A stretch of DNA of 64,000 bases from Planctomycetota bacterium (lineage in GTDB: Bacteria > Planctomycetota > PLA2 > JAEUHO01). Shown piece by piece: positions 63,744-64,000 of this stretch; the first letter of the stretch is position 1; every line of letters starts with the position of its first letter. The stretch lies in contig CBDCWP010000030.1 of NCBI GenBank assembly GCA_965223505.1, positions 244,860 to 308,859 of the forward strand, in the 5' to 3' direction. The position numbers were made by a program, and so were the translations under genes. Below the pieces are notes generated by a model, which saw only the letters and a list, made by a program, of their open reading frames with translations, was not told the origin of the DNA and searched no databases.

Positions 63744-64000
63744 ATGAGCGCGGGACGCTCCAGGAAGTGCAGAAGCTGCGGTGAGAAGCTGACGGCGGAC
63801 GACCTGACGTGCCCTGCGTGCGGCGTGAAGGCGCCGCGCGAGGAGCGCACGAGCAACCCGTTCGAGCTCTCCGGCGAAACGCGGCCGTTGCCGGATCCGG
63901 CGCCGGCGCCCGAGCCCCTCCCCGTCACCGAGCCCGTCACCGAGGCCGAGGCCGAGCCGGGACGTAGCGCCCGGCGGGTCCTTCGCGCCGCCGGACGAGC
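63744..64000 (+). CDS. Zinc-ribbon domain protein (3' end outside the window)
   Basis: AGGAG plus ATG gives MSAGRSRKCRSCGEKLTADDLTCPACG (CxxC...CxxC). Confidence 0.7.
   Translation, partial: MSAGRSRKCRSCGEKLTADDLTCPACGVKAPREERTSNPFELSGETRPLPDPAPAPEPLPVTEPVTEAEAEPGRSARRVLRAAGR

Overview
A GC-rich bacterial window, possibly from an uncultured Planctomycetota-like lineage (inferred from gene style only). It is mostly core and metabolic genes: an RluA-type pseudouridine synthase, a propionyl-CoA/methylmalonyl-CoA cluster, photolyase, a hybrid histidine kinase, ispH-nfi, two Opp/Dpp-type peptide ABC modules lacking ATPases, fumC, a trans-sulfuration enzyme, a di-haem cytochrome c peroxidase and a tricorn protease. 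There are two main highlights. (1) Two tandem paralogous secreted thioredoxin-like genes (54812-55597 and 55843-56607, minus strand) each carry a conserved in-frame TGA-TGC directly after a signal peptide, followed by a SECIS-like hairpin. These are candidate selenoproteins with a predicted mature N-terminus Gly-Sec-Cys. (2) An IS110/IS1111-type element (37326-38686) sits precisely inside a GTAG-type REP. Its 3' non-coding end contains short segments matching both the REP target and the element's own circle junction, as expected of a bridge/seek RNA. The window also holds a complete IS256-family element with an 8-bp TSD in a small atypical island, a dispersed REP/REPIN family, two probable non-canonical start codons, and three single-G frameshifts that look like sequencing errors.
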